A stretch of 64,000 bases of DNA from the human T2T-CHM13v2.0 reference genome, Homo sapiens. Shown here one piece after another: positions 1 through 13,120 of the stretch. The stretch is taken from NCBI RefSeq assembly GCF_009914755.1, contig NC_060929.1; one strand, written 5' to 3'. Position numbers and translations under genes: made by a program. The number at the start of each line of letters is the position of its first letter. Position 1 is the stretch's first letter. The notes under the pieces were generated by a model. The model ran no database searches. It saw only the letters and a list, made by a program, of their open reading frames with translations, and was not told the DNA's origin.

Positions 1-132
1 CATTTAAACTTCCAAATGAATTTTAGAATTGTTTAGTTTCATTATATATTCTCCTGCTTCTTTCATCAGAATTGCATTGAACTTACAGGTTAATTTTTGG
101 AAAATTTACAGGCTTACAGCACTGAACCTTAT
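1..132 (-). mobile_element. Old L1M (L1ME-like) ORF2 fragment
   Basis: 'gaattgcattgaacttacaggttaatttttggaaaattt' resembles the antisense L1M motif gattgcattgaatctgtagattaatttggggagaatt. Confidence 0.5.
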
Positions 133-139
133 CATTATT

Positions 140-632
140 TAGTAAGGCAGATTAAAATCAAAGTATGTCTGTAGCTATTACATTGTGAATAGCACAAAAA
201 CTTTGAGGAAAATTCTTCCATAGTTATTCCATAAGTATTATCTAATTCAGCAAAGACATCATTCCCTAATGAATGCCCACAACACATCTTCACAGTTTCA
301 CTTTGTTAACATAATAAAAATATCAACCAACATTCCTATCAAAACTATACGCATTCATCATTGGTTGGCTACAGAAACAAGAACTCAGCAAAAAAGCAAT
401 GGAAGTATTCTGTGAACATCAATTGGCTTTATCCAATTTATAATAAAGAGCTTTATATATCTTATTATTATTTATAAATTATGTGATACAGAACCTTTAT
501 ATTAGAAAATATAATAAACTTTTGTATAAATACTTTTAATATATTTTTAATTTCTTAAAAATATATTGATAGTCTTCCCCCACCTCCCCAGCCAGAAAGC
601 TGTTTGTTAAATATTTACCAGCACACCACTGG
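140..632. mobile_element. hAT-Tip100 DNA transposon remnant (Arthur1/MER69-like)
   Basis: Ends in 'ttgttaaatatttaccagcacaccactg', the reverse complement of the CAGTGGTGTGCTGGTAAAT terminus I recall for this family; left boundary uncertain. Confidence 0.45.
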
Positions 633-789
633 CTCTAGCCCTCACCAGTATCTACATACCCTTGCAGAAGGCTACTCTGCTCCCACGACAAAAGTGCCAG
701 AGGGTGCCCCTCAGGTACAGATTATCTGAGAGGCCTCATGAAAAGTGCCCTGTTATGGTTGTTAAACATTTACCAGCACACCAATGGTT

Positions 790-1065
790 CTATCCCACTC
801 CCCAAGGTAGCAGCTCTCAACCAATGACAGAAAGAGTTGATGTATAAATACCTCAGTTCCCTCACCCTCAGATGGGTTGAGATAACTCTGATTTATGTTT
901 TACACTCTTTCCCAGAGCTTCCCTAAGAGATTAAGCTCCAGTCACCCCAAGTAGGAGCTGGCCTGATAACACACCCTTTATTGTCTTCTCTTTCATTTTA
1001 CTTCTTCTTTTCCCACTGATGTCTTCTCCCAAATCAACCTGTGCTTGAATTCTTATCTGTTCAAG
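790..1065 (+). mobile_element. LTR16-type ERVL LTR fragment
   Basis: 'caaccaatgacag...tataaatacctcagttccctcaccctcagatggg...gataactctga' matches the recalled LTR16 core. Confidence 0.6.
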
Positions 1066-1281
1066 ACCACTGGATCTATAATTCTTATATCCTTTCAATC
1101 TGATTAAAAGTATCAAAAAAGGCTGGAAGGTAGAGATTGGATTTTGTGAAGAGGGCAGTTTGGAGAGAGTTGTTCCTATGCTCTAAGCTCCACTTGCCAA
1201 TAAGGGAGAGGAGAGGACAGAGAGAGAGAGAGAGAGAGACAGCATGTGTGCAATTTTTCTCAACTCAAGGGTATGAGAATA

Positions 1282-2055
1282 TGTACTAGTTTCCCAGGGT
1301 TGTCGTAACTAAATACTCCAAGTTGGTCGGCTTAAAACAACAGAAATTTATTCTCTCACATTTCTGGGTGCTACAAATCTGAAATGAAAGTGCTAGCAGG
1401 GCTAGTTCTTTTTGAGAGCTCTGAAGAAGAATCTGTTCCATGTCTGTTTCCCAGCTTCTGGTGATGGATGGCAGTCCTTGGTATTCCTTGGCTTGTAGAT
1501 GAATCACTTCAATTTCCTGCCTTTGTCTTTGTTTCTCTCCTTCTCCTCCTTCTCCTTCTCCTCCTCCTTTCTGTTCCTCCTCCCCCTCCCCCTCCTCCTC
1601 CTGCTCCTTCTCCTCTTCCTCCCCTTTGTCCTCCTCCTCCTCCTTCTGTCTTCTTCTTCTTCTTCCTCCTCCTTGTCTTCTTCCTCTTCCTCCTCCTCCT
1701 CCTTCTTCCTCTTCTTCTTCCTCCTCCTCTTCTTCTCCTTTCTCCTCCCCTCCTCGTCCTCCTCCTCTTGTTCTTCTTTTCCTTCTTCTTCTTCTTCCTC
1801 TTCTACTCCTTCTCCTCCTTCTTCTTCTACTCCTTCTCCTCCTTCTCCTTCTTCGTCTGTTCTTCATCGTCGTCTTCTCAATCTCCTCCTTCTTCCACCA
1901 CTCGTATTGGAAAAAGAGCCCACCATACTTTAGTGTGACATCATCTTAAGTAATTGAATCTGCAATAATCCTACTTCTAAATAAAGTCACATTCTGAGGT
2001 ACCGGGGTTAGGACTTTAGCATATCTTTTGGCGGGACATGATTCAACCCATAATA
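1282..2055 (-). mobile_element. MLT1 (MLT1C-like) MaLR solo LTR interrupted by a CT-rich expansion
   Basis: Starts tgtactagtttcccagggttgtcgtaac...cttaaaacaacagaaatttattctctcaca; ends gggacatgattcaacccataata. Confidence 0.85.
1530..1895. repeat. (CTC)n/(CTT)n low-complexity polypyrimidine tract
   Basis: ~365 bp almost entirely C/T; source of the poly-R/E/L/S ORFs. Confidence 0.95.
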
Positions 2056-2079
2056 GGACGTTTTTCATGAGCTCTCTCA

Positions 2080-2945
2080 GAGCTCCGAGTGGTGATGCCT
2101 CCCTCATGCCCAGGGAAAGCTAACTAGTGGTGTTAGGGCAGAAGCAGTGACGATAGGTTGGACCTGCACTCACAGAGTGGGAACAAAGGTTGTATGAATA
2201 TGCCCCATGGACTAGCCAGTGGGCCCTGGCTCAGGTTCTGTCCAGTAAGATCACGTACATGGCTGGAGGGACCCTGGCAAGTAGCTCAAGGTAAATGCTG
2301 AATGTCTGAGGACTTAGGAAGGATTTGCAAATGATGATAAGAATAGGGTTACATCTGTCTGAATTAAGAAAACATAGGGAGGAATCCCCAGGGACATAAA
2401 CATCCAAATAACCCATGAAGATGCCCTATAAGACAGAGTCAGCTTTAACTATATGCTGAGAAGCAAACATACAATGTTATCTGGCAAAGTTAGAACTGGT
2501 TTATTCTTTTAATTCTCTCTCCCATATCTTTTTTCATCCTGGTTGGGGCAGAAACCATAACTAATAAATGGGGGAGAAGTGGGGATGCAGAGAGAGTTGA
2601 AGTCAATCACACCCATGTTGCCAGAGGCAGGTGGCTATTAATCAGGCCTTAGCATGATGAGCACAGAGAAGTTCCACCTTTCAATGAATTTTAAAGCCTT
2701 TGAAAGTAGCTTGGACTAGACTTTTTAATTTCCTAATAGGGATTATGATTAGAAACTTAGAGGGGCTTTAAGATCATCCCTTGCCTACAAATGAGTAGGC
2801 AATGAAATCATGATTTCGGATCTTATGTGTTTCATGAGCAGGAGAAAAGTACCACACTAAATAAATTTGGAAGAGTCATTTGTACGGAAAAATAAAGTTG
2901 TCTATGATTACTTCCCATAAGTTATGCAATCAACATGTTACATGT
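2080..2945 (+). mobile_element. Possible ancient Gypsy-like (MamGyp/LTR8x) LTR
   Basis: AATAAA near 2891 followed by a 'tgttaca' terminus; general resemblance only. Confidence 0.25.
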
Positions 2946-2989
2946 TATCCTCATCTCCCTCCACTCCTTAAATCCCTCTTCATTCAGTC

Positions 2990-3352
2990 ATACCGAGTTT
3001 CTTACATTTCCTCAAACCAACCCCACTGTTTGGTTACTCCATACTTTTGAGCATACTGATCTCGCTGCCTGTAGCATCCTCCTTCCTTCTTCCACTTCTA
3101 GCTAACTAATTCCTATATAATCTTTCAATACATTGTCTCTTCAACATCACCTTCTCTGAGAACCATTCTTTTAACCTCCTCCTTTCCACCCATATTTAGA
3201 TGCATACTCCTACATAACAAATCTTATCACACAATTGTTGATTTCACATGTGCCCCCACTGTTCTGTGTATCCTTGAGAGCCTGAAATAGGTCTTATGAT
3301 GTTCTTGGTGCTTAGCACAATGTCTACAACACAGTAGGCATTCAGTAAATAA
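2990..3352 (+). mobile_element. L2 3' end fragment
   Basis: 'gtgcttagcacaatgtctacaacacagtaggcattcagtaaata' is the L2 3' tail motif. Confidence 0.65.
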
Positions 3353-3913
3353 CTACCAATGGTGACGGTGGGGGTTCGCAGGGAACAGATTAGGAACCAA
3401 TTCTCAGGATTTTCCTGGGAAAGTCCCACATTTCTGGAGCAGAGTACGAGACTTCTGAAAGGTGTGAAGCAGCCTGTGAGTCAGAAGAAACATCACTGGG
3501 CTTGCAGAGAGCAGCAGAACGTGGAGCTACTCATAGACCATGTAGACATGGCACACTCAGGAGTGCCATCTTTGAATCCTGCAGGACTATAAGGAGCTCA
3601 GAGATGACCATCAATTTTTTTGAGGTTCTCTGGAAGTTGGGTGGCAGATGGAAAGAGCTAGTGCTTTGTAACCATTGCCAAAATTTTTGTTGACTTGAAT
3701 CTGAGTGCATATGAGATGGAATGATGGAAAGCCAAAAGGATAAAGAAAATTTAAATAAATGTGTCAGGCACAATGCTTAGCACACTGCTTGACTTAGAGA
3801 GTTAAGAACTCTAAGAGTCCTAAAGAAACAATAAGCTTCTCAATAGAAATTTAACGTAAGGAAATCTGCTAACCTAGAACATGAGAAAGCAGACAAAGAA
3901 AAATGTGAAAATC

Positions 3914-3937
3914 CACACACACACACACACACACACA
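3914..3937. repeat. (CA)n microsatellite
   Basis: Direct reading. Confidence 0.95.
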
Positions 3938-4157
3938 GTTTGTATCAGCATTTCATCACTGCCTGTCATGAGTAAGTGTTGCTTTCTTGACTGTTCCTCT
4001 AAGAATGACTCTCTTCTTAATGTTTATAATAAAATGTAGCAATAATAAAACATAATGAAAGATAAATGGGTGTATTTTTAAAAGTAATGATACAAAAGAG
4101 AGTTTATGGTGCATGGCAGGCCATTTTTCGTACTAAAAGGGGCCAAATTTATCCACA

Positions 4158-4229
4158 TAAAACATGATCTTGTTCACTGCTTTTTCTGTGGAGTAAAAGC
4201 CATTTAAAATGTATTTCCTTCCCTTAACT
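4158..4229 (+). repeat. 72 bp unique segment, copy 1 (donor)
   Basis: 71/72 identical to 5992-6063. Confidence 0.95.
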
Positions 4230-4794
4230 CTTTCAGACTTCACCTCTTGTCTTTGTTCGACCCTGGATATTAACAATCAGCTTATTGTTGGTCTTACTGG
4301 AAGGTGAACCACTTCCCCCTGGGGAGATCCTACCTCATGGGAAGCTCACTGTGCTGTATTTTTTTAGGAAAAATCTCAGAGTCTTCATTTTGGGCCTTGA
4401 CATGAAACAGAGAATAGTGTATTTAGGATCTGAAAGACCAGAAGCAGCAACCCTTAAGGGAGATTCTTTCAATGGTAATAGAACAGAAAGAGTCATAGAG
4501 CTGGACCTTAGTATTCTTTTCTGGGCCTTCCTTTCTTAGATTGATGCCTGGTGAGGAGGAATTATTATTTGTTTCCACACCACCAATTTTTCCCATTTCT
4601 ACTCTCCCTTCTCCAGCTGACTACTGGAAGCTGAGCCATTTATTAGATTGGTGGGTTTTTTTTTTTTTTTTTTTTTTTTTGCTTATATCGATGATGAAGG
4701 AAGTTAGAACATACTTGCTACATACATAAGCTTAATAACAAAACTCATAATCATCACCAATTTTATCTTCATAAAAAAGAAACATTCTAATAGT

Positions 4795-5212
4795 CTCTCT
4801 CATTGAGCATTTGCTGTGTCCTAGTGCTGTCGGAAGAATTTTATACACATCGCATTTAATACTCACCACAACTTTGTGAAATAGGTAACCTACCTTCCTT
4901 CCTTCCTTCCTTCCTTCCTTCCTTCCTTCCTTCCTTCCTTCCTTCCTTCCTTCCTTCCCATCTTTCTTTCTTTCTTTCTCTCTCTCTCTTTCTTTCTCTC
5001 TCTGTCTCTTTTTCTTTCTCTCTCTCTCTCTGTCTCTCTCTCTCTTTCTTTCTTTCTCTCTTTCTTTCTTCTCCAGCTTCTGTATCAAGAACAGGTGATA
5101 CTGTTTTCAGTATGCACACAAAGGAAGTTGGGATATAGGAGGCCTGCACGACTTGCCCAAGGTCTCAGAGTGCAGAAGAGGCAGGGTGAGTACCAAAGCC
5201 CATGCTCTTCAC
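4795..5212 (-). mobile_element. MIR split by (CCTT)n/(CT)n/(CTTT)n microsatellite
   Basis: 'cattgagcatttgctgtgtcctag...' before the tract and 'gacttgcccaaggtctcagag...accaaagcccatgctctt' after it. Confidence 0.7.
4889..5072. repeat. Compound (CCTT)n-(CT)n-(CTTT)n microsatellite
   Basis: Direct reading. Confidence 0.95.
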
Positions 5213-5903
5213 CTCTGTGCTTACATTCACACTCAGCACCTTTCATTGTTGATGGCTTTGTACTTTGAGAACTTTTAGTGGTAGCATTTTTAACCCCAGA
5301 TCTAATTTCTTGGCCACCCAGAAGCAAATAGGTGTCCAAAAACTTAAGGTTGTTCTAAGAAAGGTATAATTATGATGGTAAGCCTGTTTTTTTTTTTTTA
5401 AGTAAGCCATTCTTAAAAAAATGAGCCATTCTTGCCCTACCTACAAGTTACTTGTGGAGAGCTCACTCTCTGTAATTTTAATTCTACATTTTCTGTTCCT
5501 CAGAGTTGCTTTTTAGAAAAGTCTTTATTTGGAAGTACTAAATTGAAGGGGAAAAAGTCAATGTGCTTTTAAAGGTAGATTGTCCAGATTGATTTTTAAA
5601 TTTTATTCTAGTTCTATTTTTGAACATCATTTAGTAACAAAATATTAGTTGTATCCTTGATAATAGAGAATAAATTATAAGTCCTATACTCCCTGAAATA
5701 GACCTCACTGATAAAAAGTCAATTCGAGCCCATTTACAAGAACATAAAAAAGTATATATTTAACAAAAGTGTACAATACTTGTATACTGAAAACAATAAA
5801 ATATTGTTCAGTCAAAATAAAAAAAGACCTAAATCAATAGAGGGATATATTATATTTATGGATTAGAAGATTCAATATTGTAAATATGCCAATTAGTCCA
5901 TAA

Positions 5904-6148
5904 CAGAGGTCAAAAACCTATGGCCCATGGACCAAATGGAGCCCACTGCCTGCTTTTGTAAATAAAGTTTTATTGGAACACAGCCATACCCTAAAACATG
6001 ATCTTGTTCACTGCTTTTTCTGTGGAGTAAAAGCTATTTAAAATGTATTTCCTTCCCTTAACTTACATATTACCTACGGCTGCTTTTGCTCTCAAAACCT
6101 AAAATATTTATGATCTGACTCTTAAATGAAAAAGTTTGTGAATTCCAG
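5904..6148 (-). mobile_element. MER58A (hAT-Charlie MITE) with a 72 bp foreign insert
   Basis: 'tttgtaaataaagttttattggaacacagccat' and 'cctaaaatatttatgatctg...gaaaaagtttg' match MER58A. Confidence 0.85.
5992..6063 (+). repeat. 72 bp segment, copy 2 (inserted in MER58A)
   Basis: 71/72 identical to 4158-4229. Confidence 0.95.
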
Positions 6149-7309
6149 ATCTGTGCATTAACATAGTCTCAGTCAAAATCCTTATGACTTTTTTTTTGTG
6201 TAGAAACTGACAAGCTGATTCTAAATTTGCACAGAAATGCAAAGAACCTAGAATAGTTGACAGTCTTGAAAAAGAACAATCTTCGAGAACTAATACTGTC
6301 ATTTTTAAACTTAAGCTGGGCTGCTTAGGGCCCTGTCATCCAGTGGTGTTTTTCTAAGCTGTGTTTCTCCTCCTTCATGCTCCTAACCTTTGAGAAAGTC
6401 CCAGCTCAGAAGACTCATTTCCTTCCTGAGTTTGTATGAGGAGAGGAGACAAATCTTCACTGCACAGCTCCTGGGACATAATTCAGTTCTGATGAAGGGC
6501 TGCAGGCAGGTGAAGGTGGAAGAGAGCAACTTGCCTTACTAAAACTCGGTGCCCTCTAAGGAAGGTTGGTACAGATGAGTGCTCTGGGCAAAGCCTTTCG
6601 TAGGATGATTTGTGGGCCAAACAGGTCCCTGACTAGAGTGTCCCTCTCCCATTGGGGTTCTTCCACTTTGACCTCCTCTGTTACAACCATTTATGACCCC
6701 ATTGCTTCCGCTTTCCCTCTAGGGCTCAAGTGTGGGCAAAATCAAAACCCCTTTCTTTTCCTTGTTTGTATTACCTCCCGTATCTCCCAAGATCCTCTAC
6801 CCAATTAAGTCCTCTGGCCTCAAAACAAAGTAGTAAATTGATGAACTTTCTTATTTCGTATTTCAGAAGAGGCAAAAGGGCCTCTTCTGAAAGCAATGGA
6901 ATATAAAAATCAGCGTAATCAAGGAAAATATAAAACCCTGATTGACTGATTTATAAAACCCAGCTTTCTGATCTGATTTTGCCAGAATTATTAACAAGAC
7001 ACTCCATTTCTGTTTGACCCATATTTTTTCTCTGATCTGTGTCATCTCCAGGTAGTTTTCCAATACTTAGAAACTGATGTAGCTCTTCCCGGACATTTCT
7101 CAGTATTTTGCCCCATCTGAGGACTGGCACCCAATGCCTTAAAAACTAAACTTTTTCATGACTCAAACTCCCAGATATCGTAGAGTCTGCCCTTACTTCA
7201 AGGTCCATTTGGAGCAACAAGCCTAGTGCATAAATTACTTAAAGCATAGTGGTGGTTGACACCTTCCATTCCCAGTCATTACCTAGCTTTGTCAGTATGA
7301 TACGGTAGC

Positions 7310-7490
7310 TACGGTGAAATGGTTCTGAAGCCAGTCACCCTGGGTTCAAGTCTTAGTTCTACCTTGGCTAGCTCTACAACTTTGGGCAAGTTAGTTAACC
7401 TCTCCCTGCCTCAGTCTTCTCATCAGTAAAATGAGGATAATAATAGTGCCTACCTTGTAAAATCCTACCTTGGAAGGTCATGATGAGTAT
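7310..7490 (+). mobile_element. MIR
   Basis: Core 'ctttgggcaagttagttaacctctccctgcctcagtcttctcatcagtaaaatgaggataataatag'. Confidence 0.85.
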
Positions 7491-7879
7491 CCATTGGGAA
7501 GATAAACAAAATAGAATTAGGAATCAAGACTTATTTGCCACTTAAAAAATATCATTAATTCTTTCCAAGCCTAGTTTATCAGTTCTGCCCACTTTGGAGT
7601 TAACACTGAATAGGTGAGGAGGCAGGTTACTTCTGATAATACTCAGTTGTGTAGGGAGAGGGCCTATCCCCAGAAGAAGTAGAGAATAATCTGAATACGA
7701 GGTGGGCAGCGTGATGAGCAGAGAACAGTCTGGTCACATCACTAGAGGTATCCTCTTCAGACATGGTAATAATGCTGTGGAAATGTTTCCCCTGCACTGT
7801 CTGGCTCACTGTCTAATCAAGTCTCCAAAGAATGGAAACTGAGTCAACTTTTCCTTGTTGTGTTGCTGTATCTTTTCCC

Positions 7880-8095
7880 CTCTCCAAAGAGAGGAAGCAA
7901 AGCCCTTTATCTACTTGGAAACTGTGTCTTAGGTACTTTACAGATTTTCTTTCTCTAAGGAGATCTGGTTATCATCCCCTTTCATCAAATTTATGATACT
8001 CCTCTGAACTCTCTCCAAGTACTGCATTTTCTTCCATGCTGTGGACCACAGCTGGATGGGATGCTCTCCCCAGGGTCTCACAGTGACCATGTTAA
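7880..8095 (-). mobile_element. L3/CR1 fragment
   Basis: 'ctctgaactctctccaagt...tgtggaccacagctggatgggatgctctcccca' resembles antisense CR1 RT. Confidence 0.4.
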
Positions 8096-8992
8096 AAAGG
8101 CTGTTCCTGTCCCACGAAGCCTCCTTAGCATCCCATTTGGTGCCCAGTCTAACTGTAAGTATACATCACTCCTGAGTTTTTCTATCTTATTTTCTGATAT
8201 TCAAGTACTTGTATATTAAATCATTTGAAAAATGTCTATCATGATTACAAAGCCTGTTTTGCTATTTCAGAAAAATTTATTGTGTTCCAGTGGACGTATC
8301 TGCTGTTGAAAACAGAATTCTCCACTCTGAGGATGAACCACAGGGGGTCATAAAAATTGCATTCTGCAGTGTTTTTTCTATTTTCTATTCATGCATGTCT
8401 TCCTGATTTAGAAATTATTCAAATTTCCCAAAGAGGAAATGATTTTAAATAAAATGGTTAAAATATTCTAATGTAGTCATATTTCTGTTAGGGTTGAATG
8501 AATGTTAAAAACAGGAGTTTCAAGCATCTAAAAGTGAAGGTATAGACAGAAAAACTAAAGTGTAAGAGGGAGAGGAAGGAAGCACTGTGATTTCTACTCA
8601 ACACATGACCATTCAGGCTATTCAAGAAGTAATAGGGTTTTAGATGACCCATAAATATGAAAGATAGACTGATGGGGAAAAGGGCCCAAGGTATGGTAGT
8701 GGGATGCAGACATCTCTTTACCTAACCCTGTCTTTGCTGTTAGAGTGCCTTCTACCAGGGAAGGCTTCCTTTCTCCAGCAGTAAAGCTTCTTAACGAAAG
8801 CAGTTTGGATATGGAAATGTATGCCCATTTGCGATCTCAAAAAACAAAGTGGACATAAAACATACTATCAGTATTATTTTCCTACTACTTCAGCATGAAA
8901 AAAATTATTATTTTTGAAGTTTCACTGCTTCAGAATCAAAAGGGCTGAAAAACATAATTATTGACACATAAAAAAAGAAATTCCTAACAACC

Positions 8993-9385
8993 TGTCTTAA
9001 TCAGGTTCTGCTAGCAGTTGTAACAAATAACCTCTAAATCTTGGGACTTTAGAAAAAGTTTCTTTCTTTCTCTCATCACAGGGCAGTGCAGGTCTCTGCT
9101 GTGGTGGGTGGGCAGGGCAGTTCTCCTCTACAGTCATTCAGGCTTCTTACACCTTGAGGTTCTGTCACCTTTCAGTACCCTGGAGTCCTCCTACTTCCCC
9201 TGCATCTGGCTGGCAGAGAGGAAGGGAGAGGGAGGGAGTGGAGGATTGGGCTTGGCAGCAGTGTCCATTGTTCCCACCAATATTCTTCTGGCCTAACTGC
9301 AAGAGAGACTGGGAAATATAATTTAGCTGTGTGCTCAGAAAGAACAGGATATAGGTTTGATAAGTATTCATCCAGTCTCTGTCAT
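8993..9385 (-). mobile_element. MLT1J/K-like MaLR LTR
   Basis: 'gtaacaaataacctctaaatcttggg...ctaactgcaagagagactgggaaatataatttagctgtgtgc...gtctctgtcata'. Confidence 0.7.
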
Positions 9386-9414
9386 ATAATCTAAATTAAA
9401 GGTCACATATTAGC

Positions 9415-9667
9415 AGCAGGCAAGCTAAATGTTGTCCACAGATGCGTTTCCTTTTGGCCTGCATCAAGTGGTTTAAAAAGTCAATTTTGTTCAAAAACTT
9501 TAATATGGGAAGATTTCACACTTAAAAATAAAAAGAAAATCTAGTATTTTTGGTTCCTTTCAACAAATCAGAAAATCTTGTGGGCCTGCCTTTTCTTTTG
9601 TCATGAAATGGCTGAAATTAAGTAGCAGCTGCCCCTTAGCTTAGGTCTACAGTCTCCAGTTCACCCT
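9415..9667 (+). mobile_element. MER102 (hAT-Charlie), 5' part
   Basis: 'cacagatgcgtttccttttggcctgca', 'gatttcaca', 'agtagcagctgcccc'; continues at 11034-11100. Confidence 0.6.
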
Positions 9668-11033
9668 TGTTGGGGCTCAGAAAATGATACCCCGAAATAT
9701 GGTGCTCTGATATGCTGAACTAAAGTGTACTCATCTGATGGGTTCTTCCTGTTTGCTGCACAGGCAAAACCAATTCACTGAGACCATGGTATTGCAGTAA
9801 AGAAACAGTTTAATTAATGCAAGACTGGCCATGCAAGAGAACTGGAGTTATCACTGGAATCAGTCTCCCCAAAGGCTCAGAGATTAGGGTTTTTATGGTC
9901 AATTTGGTGGGCAGGCGACTAGGGAATGGGTGCTGCTGACTGATTGAGGATGTAATCATAAGCATGTGGAAAATGATCCTGTGCATTGAGTCTGCCTCTG
10001 GGTGGGTGCAGGGGTTATGGGACCAGTTGAACGATGAGTCATGAGTCTTGGTGGGGTCAGTCAATTGCCGGAATGCAACAGTCTATAAAACATCTCAAAA
10101 GACCAATCTTAGGTTCTATAATAGTGACCTATAGGAGCAATTGGGAAAGCCACAAATCTTGTGACCTCTGGCCATCTGACTCCTGAATAGTAAGCGATTA
10201 TAGAAACTATGCATACATTTTAGCAGAATTTGGGCCCCTCCCATAATAGTAATCTTGTAGCCTTTCATCAGTTTTACAAAGGCAGTGTCAGCCCCCAAAC
10301 AAGGAGGACGCAGTTTAAGAGAGGGAGTATTATCATCCTTGCTTCAAAGTTAAACCATCAACTAAATTTCTCCCATGGTTAGCTTGGCCTATGCCCAGGA
10401 ATGAGTGAAGACAGCCAGCCTGGGAGGCTAGATTGGGCCAACCATGCTGGACTTCTCTCACTGTCATAATCTTTGCAAAGGTGATTTCAAAAGTCATAGC
10501 CTCAAGGTCTCTATGATCCTCTTCCTCCCCCTCAACCCTGCACTGTCTCTCAGCCTTATGTCTCTCCCAAAGCACAGGATGAGGCTTTACTCTGATATTC
10601 CCTTATCTACTTTAAGACCAGACTTGCCAAAGGAAACACAGTTGCCTTCCATCCCCTCCCTAAAATCCAGAAAATAAGATTGAGAAATGCAATCACACTT
10701 GGAAAGACTTTTTCACAAGATAATGTCTGCGCCTCTGGCTCATTCAAATTATGAAGAGAATAATTTACAAGTTAATTTCTGTCTCCCATACTGCCCTTCA
10801 AAAAATCATTTACTACTCCTTAAAATTGTTACACCCCATCTCTGCTTCCCTTAGGAAGAAGGGCATATAAGCATCTAGACCTCACTGGGTTATTGAGCAA
10901 TCATTCTGCGGTTTCCATGTGCTATGCATGTTAAATAAGCAGCATGCCTTTTCTCTTACTAATCTGTTTATTGTCAGTTCATTTTCAGCAAACCTTCAGA
11001 GGGTAGAAGGGAAGCTTTCACCTGGCCCTTACA
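9668..11033 (+). mobile_element. MER39-type ERV1 solo LTR containing nested LTR8A
   Basis: Starts tgttggggctcagaaaatgatacccc, ends ggcccttaca; 4 bp TSD CCCT (9664-9667 / 11034-11037). Confidence 0.85.
9726..10489 (-). mobile_element. LTR8/LTR8A ERV1 solo LTR
   Basis: Ends ctttgcaaaggtgatttca (rc of the tgaaaccgcctttgcaaa start); 4 bp TSD AAAG (9722-9725 / 10490-10493). Confidence 0.85.
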
Positions 11034-11100
11034 CCCTGAAGCCTGTTTCAGTCACTCATTTGCCTGGCCTTTGGAGATGCTTACACTTGCATTCTCTGGT
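11034..11100 (+). mobile_element. MER102 3' part
   Basis: 'tcactcatttgcctggcctttggagatg...tgcattctctg' resembles the MER102 end. Confidence 0.5.
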
Positions 11101-11118
11101 CTGCATGATGATTTATTC

Positions 11119-11415
<297 letters not shown>

Positions 11416-12318
11416 CTAGATCTTGTCATTAATATGTCAATACCAACAATTGACTGCTATGGATTGATTCAGTGTGTATTTGTTAGATTATGTTTTAGAT
11501 CATAGTGAAAACCACTTGCCAACCCTGAAACTCTCTCTTTCTGTAGAAGTAATGGCTAATGTCCAATTATGAATGAATTGAGATGTTTTACTTTTAGCCT
11601 AATTGTATGCTTAGTCATAATTTATATTCTGAACTAAAATGGTAATCTATCAGAAATACTGTTGAATGTGAAAATTTTTCTTTTTTTTTCCTAGGATTAA
11701 TAATGTTTGCTGGGCTTGTAATTTTAAGATCCTTTTTATGGACAAAGATCTTAAGCAAACAGGATGATCCTTAGGTTGACAGCAGAACAGTTAATGGAGA
11801 CGTACTCTACTACTTTGTTGTTGACCACTGGCTATTTGGGGAACAGTGTCAGGTGGATTTGGCATGGCTATTAAAATAATCAACTTAAATAAAAAATACA
11901 TCCCAATATAATTCCCTTGTAGTTCTTTTAGTTGGATTTGAAACTGTTCCACAACTGAAATTTGGAAAATCAAGTTATATTGAAGGTGGAGGGAGGAATG
12001 GTTGGCTGAATTTAAATGACAGATTTAATTGTTTTGTTTTGTTGGAGAATACTGTCTATAAATGTCTAAGAATTTGGTGTTAGAAGTTTGTACACTATTC
12101 TAAAAAGAAGGAAATAGAGGATCAAACTTACAGTTAACAAACTATTTGCAAAGAAAATATCTCTTAACACCCTAGAAAGGCAAAGAAAATTAATGTGAAC
12201 ACACCTAAGGGCAATTAACACTTATAAAATGAAAGTACATTATATTGACAGCTTTATCTTTTTTGTTTGCTTTTTTTAAAAAATGAACAGAGCTTGAAGT
12301 GTTAATTTTAAAAATCAG

Positions 12319-13120
<802 letters not shown>

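Larger units (their letters stand above)
5720..6310 (+). mobile_element. Old L1M ORF2 fragment interrupted by MER58A
   Basis: 'atggattagaagattcaatattgtaaatatgccaatt' and 'gaaactgacaagctgattctaaattt...aatgcaaagaacctagaatag' L1M motifs on both sides. Confidence 0.75.

Noticed and set aside
1286-1949. ORFs of 107-193 aa rich in R/E/G or L/S/P
   Set aside because: Translations of a stop-poor CT tract inside an MLT1 LTR.
4732-5149. KERE/GRKE repeat ORFs
   Set aside because: Microsatellite translation.
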